A stretch of DNA of 64,000 nt from Laetmonice hystrix (taxonomy: Eukaryota), in assembly GCA_965235115.1 (NCBI GenBank), contig OZ249442.1:5146001-5210000 (forward strand), read 5' to 3'. Positions 1 to 13,191 of the stretch are shown here, one piece after another (within the stretch, counting starts at the first letter, position 1; each line of letters opens with the position of its first letter). The notes beneath the pieces are model-generated. The model saw only the letters and a program-made list of their open reading frames with translations. It searched no databases and had not been told where the DNA came from. The position numbers and the translations under genes were made by a program.

Positions 1-311
1 ATCGCATGGCCGTCGCCAAGGGGAATCGCCTTGGTGGGTTCAGCACTTCACGTACATATCGACTCCCAACCCTTCAAGTGTCTAGAAAAAAAGTTTCAAC
101 CACGTGGCTACTGGTGCGGTGCGGAGATGGATACGGAAGTATTGTCCTCACATCCAATATTCCACCACTAACCCTTTCCAAACTGCTTCTGTTTGATCTT
201 AATGGTACAGAAATGTTATAATATTACAACAATTTACAACAGTGCCCAGCAAACTTGAGCCAGCTGACTTGATGCCGCCACTTTACCGTTAACATGCGAC
301 CCTACTTTTAG

Positions 312-3137
312 ACTGGTCCCCTGCTCTATTGATACAGAGACTGGCGAAGTCGAACCGAAGGGAGCGCATCGAAAACATGGCCGCAAACGTCGATGGTAGT
401 TCTATATCCTCCGTATTTCTTCAACAAGATACAGATATTTTCGTTTACAATAAAAGTGTTCTCACTTATCTCGGTGTAGACAAAGTGTCACCGGCCCCTG
501 TGCCAGGTTTATGGTTTGGTGATCGCATGCAGCGCACCAAACAAAGATTGTTCACCACGACGGAAGCGAAAGTTCTGTGGGAGGGATCGTTAACGTGCTC
601 CTCCACATACACGTATCGTGACACGGCCAGCCGTTAATAAAGCAGTCGGTGGGAAAGTCCGGCGAGGCCGTGGCTCGAACTCAAAACCTTTGGATCAAGA
701 TCTCGCGTTCTAACCACTACACCCCCACTACACTACACCCCTACACCACTCTGTATTTAGTATTCAAGACTCACATCCGCCTAGCCACGGTACAATAACC
801 TGTCGTATGGCCTCCTGTTGTCAGACAGATGGCGTTTTCTTGTATTCCATACGGTCTCGTTCACTAACAGACCTCTCACAATAACTTTTTTCTTTATTGC
901 GAAATCGGAGATCCTGGCAATTTGTTTTCTGCTGCGTCCTCATCTACGACTTGACTTTCCCGTCATTATCTGCCAGGATTTCTGATTATTAGATTGGCTG
1001 CTATCAACCAAGAACACCACTGCCTGCAGACATGGATAATACCAGTATTAATAGGGCCTTCACCGGCTATGAAAGGCTGGCTAATAATCAATCCATGGTC
1101 AGTGCCGCATACTGGGAACACTTCAGCGGGTCCTATAATGCTGCAGTAGACACCAAAACACGTGATGGAGCATGGTCTGTGGTACGCTGGCCGAGGACTG
1201 GGGGTACAGACTCACTGATGGAGCATGGTCTGTGGTAAGCTGGCCGAGGACTGGGAGAACAGACTCACTCATGGAGCATGGTCTGTGGTAAGCTGGCCGA
1301 GGACTGGGGGAACAGACTCACTCATGGAGCATGGTCTGTGGTAAGCTGGCCGAGGACTGGGGGAACAGACTCACTGATGGAGCATGGTCTGTGGTAAGCT
1401 GGCCGAGGACTGGAAGAACAGACTCACTCATGGAGCATGGTCTGTGGTAAGCTGGCCGAGGACTGGGGGAACAGACTCACTGATGGAGCATGGTCTGTGG
1501 TAAGCTGGCCGAGGACTGGGAGAACAGACTCACTCATGGAGCATGGTCTGTGGTAAGCTGGCCGAGGACTGGGGGAACAGACTCACTGATGGAGCATGGT
1601 CTGTGGTAAGCTGGCCGGGGACTGGGAGAACAGACTCACTGATGGAGCATGGTCTGTGGTAAGCTGGCCGAGGACTGGGAGAACAGACTCACTGATGGAG
1701 CATGGTCTGTGGTAAGCTGGCCGGGGACTGGGAGAACAGACTCACTGATGGAGCATGGTCTGTGGTAAGCTGGTCTAGGACTGGGAGAACAGACTCACTG
1801 ATGGAGCATGGTCTGTGGTAAGCTGGCCGAGGACTGGGAGAACAGACTCACTGATGGAGCATGGTCTGTGGTAAGCTGGCCGAGGACTGGGAGAACAGAC
1901 TAACTGATGGAGCATGGTCTGTGGTAAGCTGGCCGAGGACTGGGAGAACAGACTCACTGATGGAGCATGGTCTGTGGTAAGCTGACCGAGGACTGGGAGA
2001 ACAGACTCACTGATGGAGCATGGTCTGTGGTAAGCTGGCCGAGGACTGGGAGAACAGACTCACTGATGGAGCATGGTCTGTGGTAAGCTGGCCGAGGACT
2101 GGGGGAACAGACTTACTGATGGAGCATGGTCTGTGGTAAGCTGACCGAGGACTGGGAGAACAGACTCACTGATGGAGCATGGTCTGTGGTAAGCTGGTCT
2201 AGGACTGGGAGAACAGACTCACTGATGGAGCATGGTCTGTGGTAAGCTGGTCTAGGACTGGGAGAACAGACTCACTGATGGAACATGGTCTGTGGTAAGC
2301 TGGCCGAGGACTGGGGGTACAGACTCACTGATGGAACATGGTCTGTGGTAAGCTGGCCGAGGACTGGGAGAACAGACTCACTCATGGAGCATGGTCTGTG
2401 GTAAGCTGGCCGAGGACTGGGAGAACAGACTCACTGATGGAGCATGGTCTGTGGTAAGCTGGTCTAGGACTGGGAGAACAGACTCACTGATGGAGCATGG
2501 TCTGTGGTACGCTGGGCGAGGACTGGGAGAACGGACTCACTGATGGAGCATGGCCTGTGGTAAGCTGGCCGAGGACTGGGAGAACAGACTCACTGATGGA
2601 GTCGGTGATTAGTTTCACACGCGCCATCATTGTTACCTGGCTATGAATACGGGACCCCGTGTCGTGCTAACAAACCTCCCCGTATACGCTCTCCATAATG
2701 GATCGGCGGCTTGCGGACACACTGCGCAGGCTCGTACTCTGGAGACTACATCCCTGCTGGTTTGGGATTATGGGAAAATAAATCATTTCCCCACAATGCA
2801 CTGGTGCAATGAATCATGTCTACACGCACCGGCCCAATAGCGTAGTGAGGAAATGCAGTAAAGGGATGAAAATAGTTCGGCAAATTATTGTTTAAAGTCA
2901 AATTAGATACATTAAAATCCTTAGGGAAAATGAAATGAAGTCATACACAAGCTCTGATAATGTAAGTAATGTTTGATTATAGTTATTTTGGGAGTTGCAG
3001 TTAACTACTGGTACGTGTCCATGGAGTTGCAGTTAACTACTGGTACGTGTCCATGTTGACACTGACAGGTCAGCTCGGCTACTGGCACTGCTGTCAGAAC
3101 GATTGTCAACCTTCTGCAGCTTCGTGTAGGAGATTAG
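312..3137 (+). CDS. 3' exons of an unidentified protein-coding gene (start lies upstream of or at the window edge)
   Basis: Three phase-compatible AG/GT-bounded exons: 312-395, 1030-1181, 3069-3137 (stop TAG). They join to DWSPALLIQRLAKSNRRERIENMAANVDDMDNTSINRAFTGYERLANNQSMVSAAYWEHFSGSYNAAVDTKTRDGAWSVVSSATGTAVRTIVNLLQLRVGD*. No family recognised. Confidence 0.45.
560..724 (-). mobile_element. tRNA-derived SINE fragment
   Basis: Minus strand 724-672 reads GGTGTAGTGGTTAGAACGCGAGATCTTGATCCAAAGGTTTTGAGTTCGAGCC. This has Pol III A- and B-box-like motifs, is followed by a non-tRNA body, and lacks a proper acceptor stem. Confidence 0.55.
1163..2600. repeat. 53-bp minisatellite, ~27 copies, each containing a 5' splice-donor motif
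   Basis: Unit GACTCACTGATGGAGCATGGTCTGTG|GTAAGCTGGCCGAGGACTGGGAGAACA. The GT recurs every 53 bp from 1182 to 2560. Confidence 0.97.
2991..3054. repeat. 32-bp tandem duplication
   Basis: GGAGTTGCAGTTAACTACTGGTACGTGTCCAT x2, just upstream of the acceptor at 3067-3068. Confidence 0.9.
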
Positions 3138-3626
3138 GACGTTTGTTTGCAGGATGTCTCATCAGGCATTGACAGCAGCCAAGAAAGGACATGGAATTAC
3201 TTTTAATATAGAACAAGCAGGAAGAGGCTTTATGGGCACTCTACGAAGTTTGGGCGGTATAGAATACCGTTTTTCAAGCACTGATGCCGCTTACTGCATC
3301 AAGGGTTCTGATTACTATAAATCTATCGCTTATGACATTTTGTTCCATACATCATGCAGAGCATGTAGCAATGCTGTGTTCCGCACTTTTCGTTGTGTTT
3401 ACACAGGGCACTTTTTGTTGTGTCTTAGAGCGTCACATAATTATTATCATGTGACGCTCTGTGGTGTCTATGTACTTTAGTTTTCAAACCGGCCCCCGGG
3501 CGTGGCGTCCCCAAGATACCGCTCCATGGTGAACGGAAACGAATAGGCTCAACCAGCTATAGGTTCCCTGCCTCACTCTCGGTACGGTGGCCCATAAGGG
3601 ACATGCATGTGTTATTTGCTATTTCT

Positions 3627-3994
3627 AAGGAAATCACTGTGGGGTTTCGGGTTTTCACTTTTAAATATCGACGATGTCGCATTCCTTTACCACAATCTTA
3701 GAATAACAAATGAGAATGCCGAAAAACTTGCGATAAAGACAAAATATTACCTGATGAAACACGAAAAATTATAATGAGAATCCAGGAATTCAAGGAAATA
3801 TTGCCTCTGCGGTGGAAATATTATCACCGTCGTGTTATTATTATGACCGCGGTGGAAATATTTCTTGCGATTTCCTTTGGTTTTCTTTCTTCTCAATTGT
3901 TATTCCTAGTTCGTTCTCCTCTATTCGCCATAAAAGAAAGCGAAATCGTCGATATCTAAAAGTGGTCTCCCGAAACCGCTATCGTGATTTCCTT
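3627..3994. mobile_element. Foldback/MITE with long imperfect inverted repeats
   Basis: Left arm AAGGAAATCAC..GGTTTCGGG..CACTTTTAAATATCGACGAT pairs with right arm ATCGTCGATATCTAAAAGTG..CCCGAAACC..GTGATTTCCTT; similarity extends ~100 bp. Confidence 0.7.
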
Positions 3995-6900
3995 GGATAT
4001 AGCAAATAACGCAGCATGTCCCTTATGGGCCACCGCATCTCGGAGATATTCTATTTCTAATGAAGGCAGGAAACCAGCCAGCGGACTCCAAACATGTACA
4101 TACAGCTGGAATAACACGGCGTTCAACCGGCCGGAGGTGGTTGGAAACCAACCAGTTTATGGACTCATGTTGTTTCCAGTCATAGGGAGACAGAAGGGAA
4201 TGCTCATGTATAATTATCATCCTATACTACAGATCTAATCAGTTAGAGCCGTCCGGAGAGGGTAGAAAACACTCAGCTAATCTTTGCTGCTCGACTTGAT
4301 GACGTCATCGATCGATTGTGTATTTTACAGTCCCATACACGTTTTTACAACCACTCGGAACACTATAATCTTGGTCTATTTTTTCTAGTTACAATGTATT
4401 AAAAAAGTACCTTAAGGGGGTAAATATTATATATTTATGTCATTGTCTGAACCCCATAATCATTGCGAACTTATTTTTTTTTTTTTTTTTTTTTTTTGCT
4501 TAGAAGAGCAGACAAAATCATCGAAATCAGTGGGTAGAATTACGACCGGATCTATTTTTAACCTCAAGTCCACGTATGTACGTATCAATATTTATTATGT
4601 ATTGTCCGGAGACACCGCTCGTCAAATGTAAGGCGATATTAGATGTACAAAATCGCGGCGATCCAAGTGGGTCAACCAATCATGTAACGATTGGTCCTCG
4701 CATGAGTTCCTTTCCGCAGCACGATATGGCGCTGGCTTCCCATGGTTGCCCCCAAAACAAAATCCTATTCCTCACGCAGCACTGATCCAATAAATGCCAT
4801 TATGTTATAATGTTCTGTCGAGGCGGCTTACTAAGAAAAATACTTCTTTAGAAACAGGAAAATACGGGCATTAAAGCCTGGACGGAGAATAATGAAATTT
4901 TTTCCACGGGTTACCGAGCTTGGAAACGAACCTTAATGCATCAATTGTTGAAAGTGATCTCGTCTTGCGGGAAGGTTTTTATCTAGACATGATCCAGGTC
5001 ATAAAATTCATTTGGACACGGCACTCTAGCTTCTTTACGTTTACTAGGCTATAACCGGGTTAGGGCAGGAGCACGGCTTGCGCCTGAATCAATTTGTCTT
5101 ACATAATAATTGGCTGAAAGAGTCAGGTTTCTGGACAAAAATATCAGGGGACTCAATAAATCTTTATCTGTGTCTGCTCCCTGCAGTGATTTTCAAACGG
5201 CCTGGCCGACTTATTTCACCATCACAGAGGACACACCGAAAGACACAGCCGGAACGACGACAGACTCGTCCATAATACGTTCTATATAAACACCTTGAGG
5301 TGAAACCCTAAATCTGTATGGTGTTGTGAAGCGCAGGCAAAGTTTCCGATACACCTCCATCCCTCCACAGAATTCTGTCATCGTGAGATGTGAATAGAAG
5401 CCTGCCTGCTTCACCTGCATGGAGACTAGTCACATAAATCATTGTTCGACAGGTAGCAGGACCTTATCTATTGGTGCCATTTACCTTGTCATGCCCGTGT
5501 GACTGGTTGAAGGAACGGAATCGAAGCTGGAGGGCTTGCCCATGGTAAAAATCGATACTCAAAATTGAAATAGAAGTAAGAAAAAATCGCAAGGGCGGGG
5601 CATACAAAATCGCCGCAATTGACAAACTGTTATTTCGGGCGTACGCCCATATATCTGCTCGATTGGCAATACGTCAGCGATAAATTTATTATTATTGTCG
5701 TGGGCGATTTGTTCCTCGAGGCCGAGGCCGACGTTCAGCCGATTATTAGATCGTTTTGTTCGACAAGCCTCGATTATAACTAATGATAATCTTAGGAATA
5801 ATCCATCACATGTTCCATCTCTCTTTATCTGACTTTTCTACCTGACAGGAAGAGCTTGTCTGGGTGGACAATCTCCGTATAGTGCTGTCGTAATCTCATT
5901 CTTGTCGTCACTGTATAGTGTACGAAAGGCTTCTTAGCATGAACGATAGAGCTGGTAAATTTGTTCGACTTCCCTTTCGCTGACTGAAGCCCGACACCAG
6001 ACTCTATATATGATTGAGTGACTTATTAACATAATATGAATCTGACTTCCTTATATGACGGTCCTTGACGGCCAGTTTGCCGACATGTTGGTCCTATATA
6101 AGAACATCCACTCGATCAAACTGGACAGCCTCTCGGTCCTATATCATGAGTGTTTGGAATACAAATGAATCAAGATGAACAACATGATCAGTGGGGTAGC
6201 TGCATGCATGGGTGGTTTTCTTGTTCATACGTAAAATCTGCTATGAAAAGTATCCATACAATATCCGAGGATTTTTTTAACAGGATCTCCTCGCACGCTA
6301 GCTTAGAATGATGAAGATGCTCAAAAACTTATTTGTTTTTGCGTCTTTGCGTAAATATAGCTACGCCCCTGCATGATGGCACCAAAAGACTCGCTCTAAT
6401 AGCTAAATCGATATGTTTGTCCCCTCTATTAATCGAAGCCTACAACCATTTACGGACTTACCGTTTTTAAATTATGGTTTACCGTTTTTAACGGTTTCAC
6501 CGTTTCTTTAATTGCAGTTTTTTCTCACGGTAATCACAGTATTTTTACCGTAAAAAACGGGATATTTTATATTCATGAAAAATGTTACGTTTGTAAAACA
6601 TGCCATGCTTCCCCTTCAGATGTAGATCTCTATATAGAGGATGTCTAGCACACTTATAATTGATCATCTTCCAGGTCCAAAAGATCGATGAGAGACCAAA
6701 CAAGAGAAACAACTCCCCGAATCAATGGATACAGCATTGTGTACGGCTCAGCTAGAGCAGGTGCACGTTAGCAAATCGCACGTCACAAATATAAGATAAC
6801 GCCGAGGTCTTGTTGGTGACGTCACGGCCGTTCACGTCATAGCAGGGGAGGGGCTCCACACTGTAGCCCCATGAGGGACCAACCCTCCGGCCCCTGGTAC

Positions 6901-9195
6901 CAACACATCCCTGATCTGGACCATGGCTTCACTCTTGCTTGTTTCTGGCCAAAAGACGGGAGAAATTGTCCATGTTTATGTATACCGTGATGTCATGGCA
7001 GTTTTGTGTATATTCGGAGAGAACTGCAGAAACAGGTCTAACTGACATGTATTAAAGTATCGATGTGAAATCATCTATCACTATACATTATATTGCCGTG
7101 AACTCTAGGTGGAAAGACTCAAGGTCTACCCCAACATAACGCGGGCTGACCGGCAAAAGGTCCACTTTAAGATTTTAACACTTTTGAGTAGCACTGTACT
7201 TACAATGGGAGGTGCCACATGACTAGTTGCCGCAATATACGCCACCTTATACGTCGAAGCAACCATGCATGTCGGAGGTCAGGAGGATTATCGCACACGA
7301 GGTGTGGACGGCGATCACTCTTTCAGCTTTCTGTTAACCTAATCGTCAGAGGGGGAACACACAACTGAGTCCGCTCTCTCGCAGACCTTCGGAGGAGAAA
7401 CAGTTCAAGCCCACCACCACCCCTTCGCCTCCATAAGGGGGATGTGCCGTCTATTGTCATGGATTTTACAGCTGCCAACACACGTTTCCAGGGTTTTACC
7501 ATAAGTAGGATTTATCCCTGGTTTTTAGTACGGAAGGTTGGCGCTTAACGGGGCAAGTAGACTCGTGGTTTCGCTTCAATGTGTCAGCACCTTTGGATGA
7601 CACGTTTACTGTCTCTTTGGTGTTGAAAGTTCTACTTCTTTGATAAGAAATTTGACCTTGATTTTCTGTATGAGATGCAATATCACGTATATTTATACGT
7701 TTCTATATTATGTATACATGTTATATAGGGGCGAGGCTTCCCGTTCTTGTATGTGTGCACGTAACATTTGAGTCTGGAAAAAATTACTTTAATAAGGAAA
7801 TTAACCGGTTTTCTACTGTTTATTATTTGTACAGTATAATCAATAGTAAAAATGTTCACCGTTTTAAAGATATTAATAAACTCATCACATAACATACTCC
7901 GTATAGGCCTACGTCACCGCAAATAGTGCCACATGTAAGATCATACTTCCTATTCCAGTGTAAGAGTATATACCTATCTTGCACCGTTACAAGCCTGTAG
8001 CTGTCCTTAGGACATTTTTCCTTGTAACTACCGGATAAAAAATATCGCAATATCTCTGATTGAGACATTTTTCGTGTTTGCGACATTCTTTGTTACATTA
8101 TGACTTCTCTGTCCCAAACCAATTACATTCAGCAGGTGAAAAAGAAAATTAGGGCGGTATAAAGATAGAATCGTACATCGCAGAGCGAAAGTTATTATTA
8201 AGGCCATTTTGTTATGGCCGTTTTACTGGATTGTCCTGCCTGATAGAACTCCTAGAAATACTTCCTAGAACTCCTAGAAATACTAATAAGTAATGAGAAC
8301 ACACATCGGAAGACTATCACGATATTCACGTGTCACAACACGCCTGAATGATTATGCCATTAATTACAAATATTTGGGTATGTGTGTCAGTCAGTGCATG
8401 GCTAACGTTTTAACAATATTTACAAGAATGTAACTGGTAATGTCAAACACAACATATATGTTTACTATTTCATAAGGGAATTCACTGCAAACAGGCTACG
8501 TGCCAACCCTTATTGTGAGCATTTCCTTAAATGTAAAATATTTTACATGTTATGTATATTCAACACCTATAAAGCCTTGATTTAAAAAAAATACGGTACA
8601 TATATAAAGAAGGCTTGAGCCCATGTTTGGCTGATGGGTGGGTGTACTAGCATGCGGTACCCGTTAAAACTACAATGTCCTAAAAGTTACTGTGCACTAG
8701 AATATTTAATATATAATACACCTAATAATAATAATAACTTTACTGCAAAGTAACTTTTCGGACACCCATGTAGTATATCGATTGTGCCCACTTGAGATCA
8801 GGGGTTGAAATTATCCTCAGCTCCATCTCTGCCTGTTCGTCAGTGTGTTCGTGGTGTTAGGAAGTGGTCGGAATATCAGAATTATCTGCATGACACAGAG
8901 GTATTTTGATCCTTCCATTTATCTGACTGCCCTCCCCAGTGCTCATCAAAGTTTTAACATATCTATAAAATCATGGATTCCGTTCCATCGAGGAAGACTC
9001 GTAGATTCCGAGGAAGATAGGGGAGGGTCCATATTGTCCTGCTTCACCGCTAAAGCCTTCTTCTTTACGAAGGTGCATGGGGTGGCCGAGGTATCATGGA
9101 CGTCCCCTCATGCCATGCGAATGAATGTAGGCCTAATAATCTTGGAGCGCGAGTCCAATCAAATACATTCTGACTGTTAACTAAGCGTGGGGACC

Positions 9196-9664
9196 TTAAA
9201 GGGAGGGAAACCCCACACCGCAAATAAGGTTTCGTAGACCAAATGAAACACCAGCATTTATCTCAGGGCAATAAATGCCACAATTACGTTGTCTGAATGA
9301 AGTAATTAACGTGTAACCGCCCAATGTATGACGCCGCTGGTTCTTACCTTGACCTTCTTGTGTGTTCATCACAGCCGAATGCTGCACACCGCGGCGTATT
9401 GCGTAACATTACGTGTTACTCTGCTCACAGACCTTGTCTACACGATGTTTGGAGTCCCAGTCTTTGTAAATGTTTGTAAACGTCCGAGGACACACAAGCA
9501 GGGCAAGGTAAAAACCAGCGGCGTCACACATCGGGCGGTTACACGTTAATTACTTCATTCAGACAACGTATACTAATGGTGGCATTTATTGCCCTGAGGT
9601 AAATGCTGGTGTTTCATTTGGTGTACGAAACCTTATTTGCCGTGTGGGTTTTCCCTCCCTTTAA
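9196..9664. mobile_element. Kolobok-like MITE (copy 1)
   Basis: Ends TTAA|AGGG...CCCT|TTAA (TTAA TSD with purine-start termini, as in Kolobok rather than piggyBac). Long imperfect TIRs, no ORF. Near-identical copy at 62613-63084. Confidence 0.8.
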
Positions 9665-11336
9665 GGTATCCGAATATACAGTTGAATGACATGATCTGAC
9701 ACAAGTGTCAGTTCTCTCGATTCCGGACTTGAAAGTTGGGATAAATATCTCTGATAGCCTAATAATACCACGTGAAAAGTGAACATCGACGCCGCGCATT
9801 TAGATGGACTTGAGCCGTTGTGATAAGCAACATGACAGAAATCACGACAGAGTGGTGAATGCAAACGCCAATTTATGTAAGGTTTTAAACCAATGTCGAC
9901 GTCCGTCCCAGTATTAGGACGGATACTCTGTCTAGGCAAAGTCGTGATAGTGTACAACGGGCTTAACGAACTTAGGTCGGTGTGAACACAAAATAACGTA
10001 TAGGTCTTCATGATGAGCGAAAAACCTGATCTATCACCGACTGTAGCTTAGTGTAGGGCCTACTGATACCTTCGAATTACATTGTATATGGGCGTAAATG
10101 ACATTTTTCAGCGATTTTGTGTCTGTGCATATTTGCATTCCGTTGAGGACGTACATTAAAAAACGCAAAAACGTATTTGTAATATTTTTTATAAATCCTG
10201 GTTACCCCTGGGCGTATCTACAAAAGGTGAAAAAAAGTGAATTACATGCAGGGGCGCATGCATGTACCACAAATAGGCTTTAAGTTCACAAGGATCTTCT
10301 TTTAAATAAACCGCTCTCCTGCAAAATAATGAAAATGTTATAGTTACGCTCCAATAACTCTACGGTATCATTACATGTATGCCTAATCCAAAGCTCGACT
10401 GTATCCTTGCGGAGTATAGAAGATTCCGAACAGCTATTATGGGGGCAGGGAACAGCTAGCGGGTCTATAGAAGCAATCAAAGATAAGTGAACGAACCCCA
10501 TCCTCCGGGTAACATAGAGGGAGGATGAGCATCTCTGGAGCAAACGTTGATTACTTCCGACCTGCGGGTAGATCTAACCATGAATACGAGACAGCGAGTC
10601 GCAGCTGCCGGTAAATCTCAAGACTCTTAGATCACAATCCCGCAGACAGTGAGTCGGACCAAACCATGGTGCTAGACCACCCCACGGCGACGTACAGACT
10701 CGTTAGTTATCCTCCCCGCCCCAACCCCACGGTTTGACATCATTCACCTAGTAAATTAAGTCACTATGATGACAGTAATATAACCAGTGTCTGGTTCAAT
10801 GTCTGGCGTTCATGGTAACGGTATAGGGGCCTTACCATGAACGGGGCCTACTCCGCATTATATTATCTTCCTAGTCGTTCTGGTTCTTTCCGCAACCTCA
10901 AACAATTCCAGCATTTTCAGCCCCTATAATTATTTCTGCATTTGCAGGCCCTACTTCTTTCTGTTCCTATATCTTCACGTAGTAAGGTAGCGGTAATACT
11001 CAGTGTCTGGGTGGCTGTCTGAAAATATTTACAACATTAACATAATAAACGATATAACAATACAAGAAAAGAAAGGACTGGCGTTCAGAATTATATTACT
11101 TTCCTATTTCTCAGCCTTGTATAGCCTTTTCCCAGGGGGGGGCACAAGCTAGGATTTTTTCCAGAGGCACACAACTTGATAGACATCTAGGCCTATGGAG
11201 GGTGGAGTGAATCACAATACATGATAATACATTTAATTTTTTTCTCATATTTTCCAGGCGGCATGTGCCCCCTTGCCCCCCCCCCCCTCCCCCCACGACG
11301 CCCATGCTCTTTTGTGTAAGTCAGGGCCGCAACCCT

Positions 11337-11459
11337 TTGTAATGAGCAGAAGATGACCTTGGCTAGCGGGTAGGACATGTATTTGAACAGGAGATGACCT
11401 TGGCTTGCGTTTACCGGTTACAGACCACACTCATCAAATAGAGCCCGACAGTTCGGGAA
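11337..11459. repeat. Short orphan copy of the 40-bp array plus its unique 3' flank
   Basis: Fewer than 2 units of the 40-bp repeat, followed by GTTACAGACCACACTCATCAAATAGAGCCCGACAGTTCGGGAA. The same flank ends the main array at 12570. Confidence 0.85.
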
Positions 11460-11865
11460 CAGGAGGGACTGAATGAGGAAAACTGTTTGACTGACGGAAG
11501 GCCTTGAGCAGCGGACAACATCAAAGTCGAATGACGACGACCTTCGGAAGCCGGTCCGAAGTGTAGGCGTCCTCTGCCATGACAAGTCGACCTTGTGCCA
11601 ATGTCAGAACAAAATGATCGATGATCATGACTATCGAATTCTGTCGACAGTTATCGGAGCTTCAGTTCGTCTTCCTGCGGTCGTATAAACGTGTCCAGAA
11701 TAAAAATTCGGGTCCGTCAGTTTTCGTCGTCAACTAATTCGTATCTTCTTCGGTACAGGGTATACCCGTCATTTTTACGAACGAAGTGGAATTCTCCTGA
11801 TGCGCGGAGGTGTAGCAGGAATAGAATATACACATGTAATTGCTGCGCCTTTTATCCACTGTCAT

Positions 11866-12570
11866 TGGCTAGCGGGTAGGATTGTATTTGAACAGACGAT
11901 GACCTTGGCTAGCGGGTAGGATTGTATTTGAACAGAAGATGACCTTGGCTAGCGGGTAGGATTGTATTTGAACAGGAGATGACCTTGGCTAGCGGGTAGG
12001 ATTGTATTTGAACAGACGATGACCTTGGCTAGCGGGTAGGATTGTATTTGAACAGACGATGACCTTGGCTAGCGGGTAGGATTGCATTTGAACAGAAGAT
12101 GACCTCGGCTAGCGGGTATGATTGTATTTGAACCGACGATGACCTTGGCTAGCGGGTAGGATTGTATTTGAACAGACGATGACCTTGGCTAGCGGGTAGG
12201 ATTGTATTTGAACAGAAGATGACCTTGGCTAGCGGGTAGGATTGTATTTGTAATGAGCAGAAGATGACCTTGGCTAGCGGGTAGGATTGTATTTGAACAG
12301 ACGATGACCTTGGCTAGCGGGTAGGATTGTATTTGAACAGACGATGACCTTGGCTAGCGGGTAGGATTGTATTTGAACAGACGATGACCTTGGCTAGCCG
12401 GTAGGATTGTATTTGAACAGGAGATGACCTTGGCTAGCGGGTAGGATTGTATTTGAACAGACGATGACCTTGGCTAGCGGGTAGGACATGTATTTGAACA
12501 GACGATGACCTTGGCTAGCGTTTAACGGTTACAGACCACACTCATCAAATAGAGCCCGACAGTTCGGGAA
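11866..12570. repeat. 40-bp minisatellite, ~16 copies, plus unique 3' flank
   Basis: Unit GCTAGCGGGTAGGATTGTATTTGAACAGACGATGACCTTG, period 40. Confidence 0.97.
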
Positions 12571-13000
12571 GTGTGTGTGTGTGTGTGGGGGGGGGGGGGT
12601 TCTCGCGTTCTTGCACGTTAAGTGGACCCTGAGAGGTGGCGCAGGTCCCTCGTTCTTAGTCTTTTATGTCCAAACAAATTAACCATGGTAAAGTCCAGCC
12701 ACTTAATGGTGCCGGCGACCTGGGCCCAGGAAATTATCCTTGGTAAAATCCATCCACTTTAACCGGAGACCTGGCCCCAGTTCCTAGAAACGTAAGAGCT
12801 GTCTGAGCAGACCAGCCAATCAGAAGCCTTAAGTTTAAGCTTAAGAATGATCTTAAGTTAACTGTTTCTCAGCCTGTCGTTAGCTTGTCGTATCATTAAC
12901 ACCAATGTATTTTCAATGGAGATTTTAACGCACGACATGATAACGATGGATGAGAAACGCCGCCCAGAGGTCAGAATACCATTCACTTATGCTACCGCCC

Positions 13001-13191
13001 CGTTGCATAAAAAATCCCAGCCCGCTCCGTTAAAATGCCCCGTTAAGATAGGCTACGGGGACCTTTTTAGGTGCCCGTTAAAAAACAACAGTTAACGGGA
13101 ATTGTAGTGGGTGGGAATTTATCATGCAACGCAACATCCCGTTAACGGACAGTCAGCGGAGGATTTAACGAGCGGGACTTATTATGCAACG
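13001..13191. mobile_element. MITE-like palindromic element
   Basis: CGTTGCATAA..CCCGCTCCGTTAAAAT pairs with ATTTAACGAGCGGGAC..TTATGCAACG; internal CCGTTAA motifs. Confidence 0.6.

Noticed and set aside
672-724. Functional tRNA gene
   Set aside because: It has A/B boxes but no pairing acceptor stem or poly-T terminator and continues into a SINE-like body.
1163-2600. CRISPR array (also considered for the 40-, 49-, 56- and 60-bp arrays)
   Set aside because: Units are contiguous with no unique spacers, there are no cas genes, and the context is spliced eukaryotic genes.
9196-9549. Duplicated small ORFs (MTPLVLTLTF.., MQHSA..), also at 62613-62972
   Set aside because: They lie within the TIRs and core of a MITE and have no transposase motifs.
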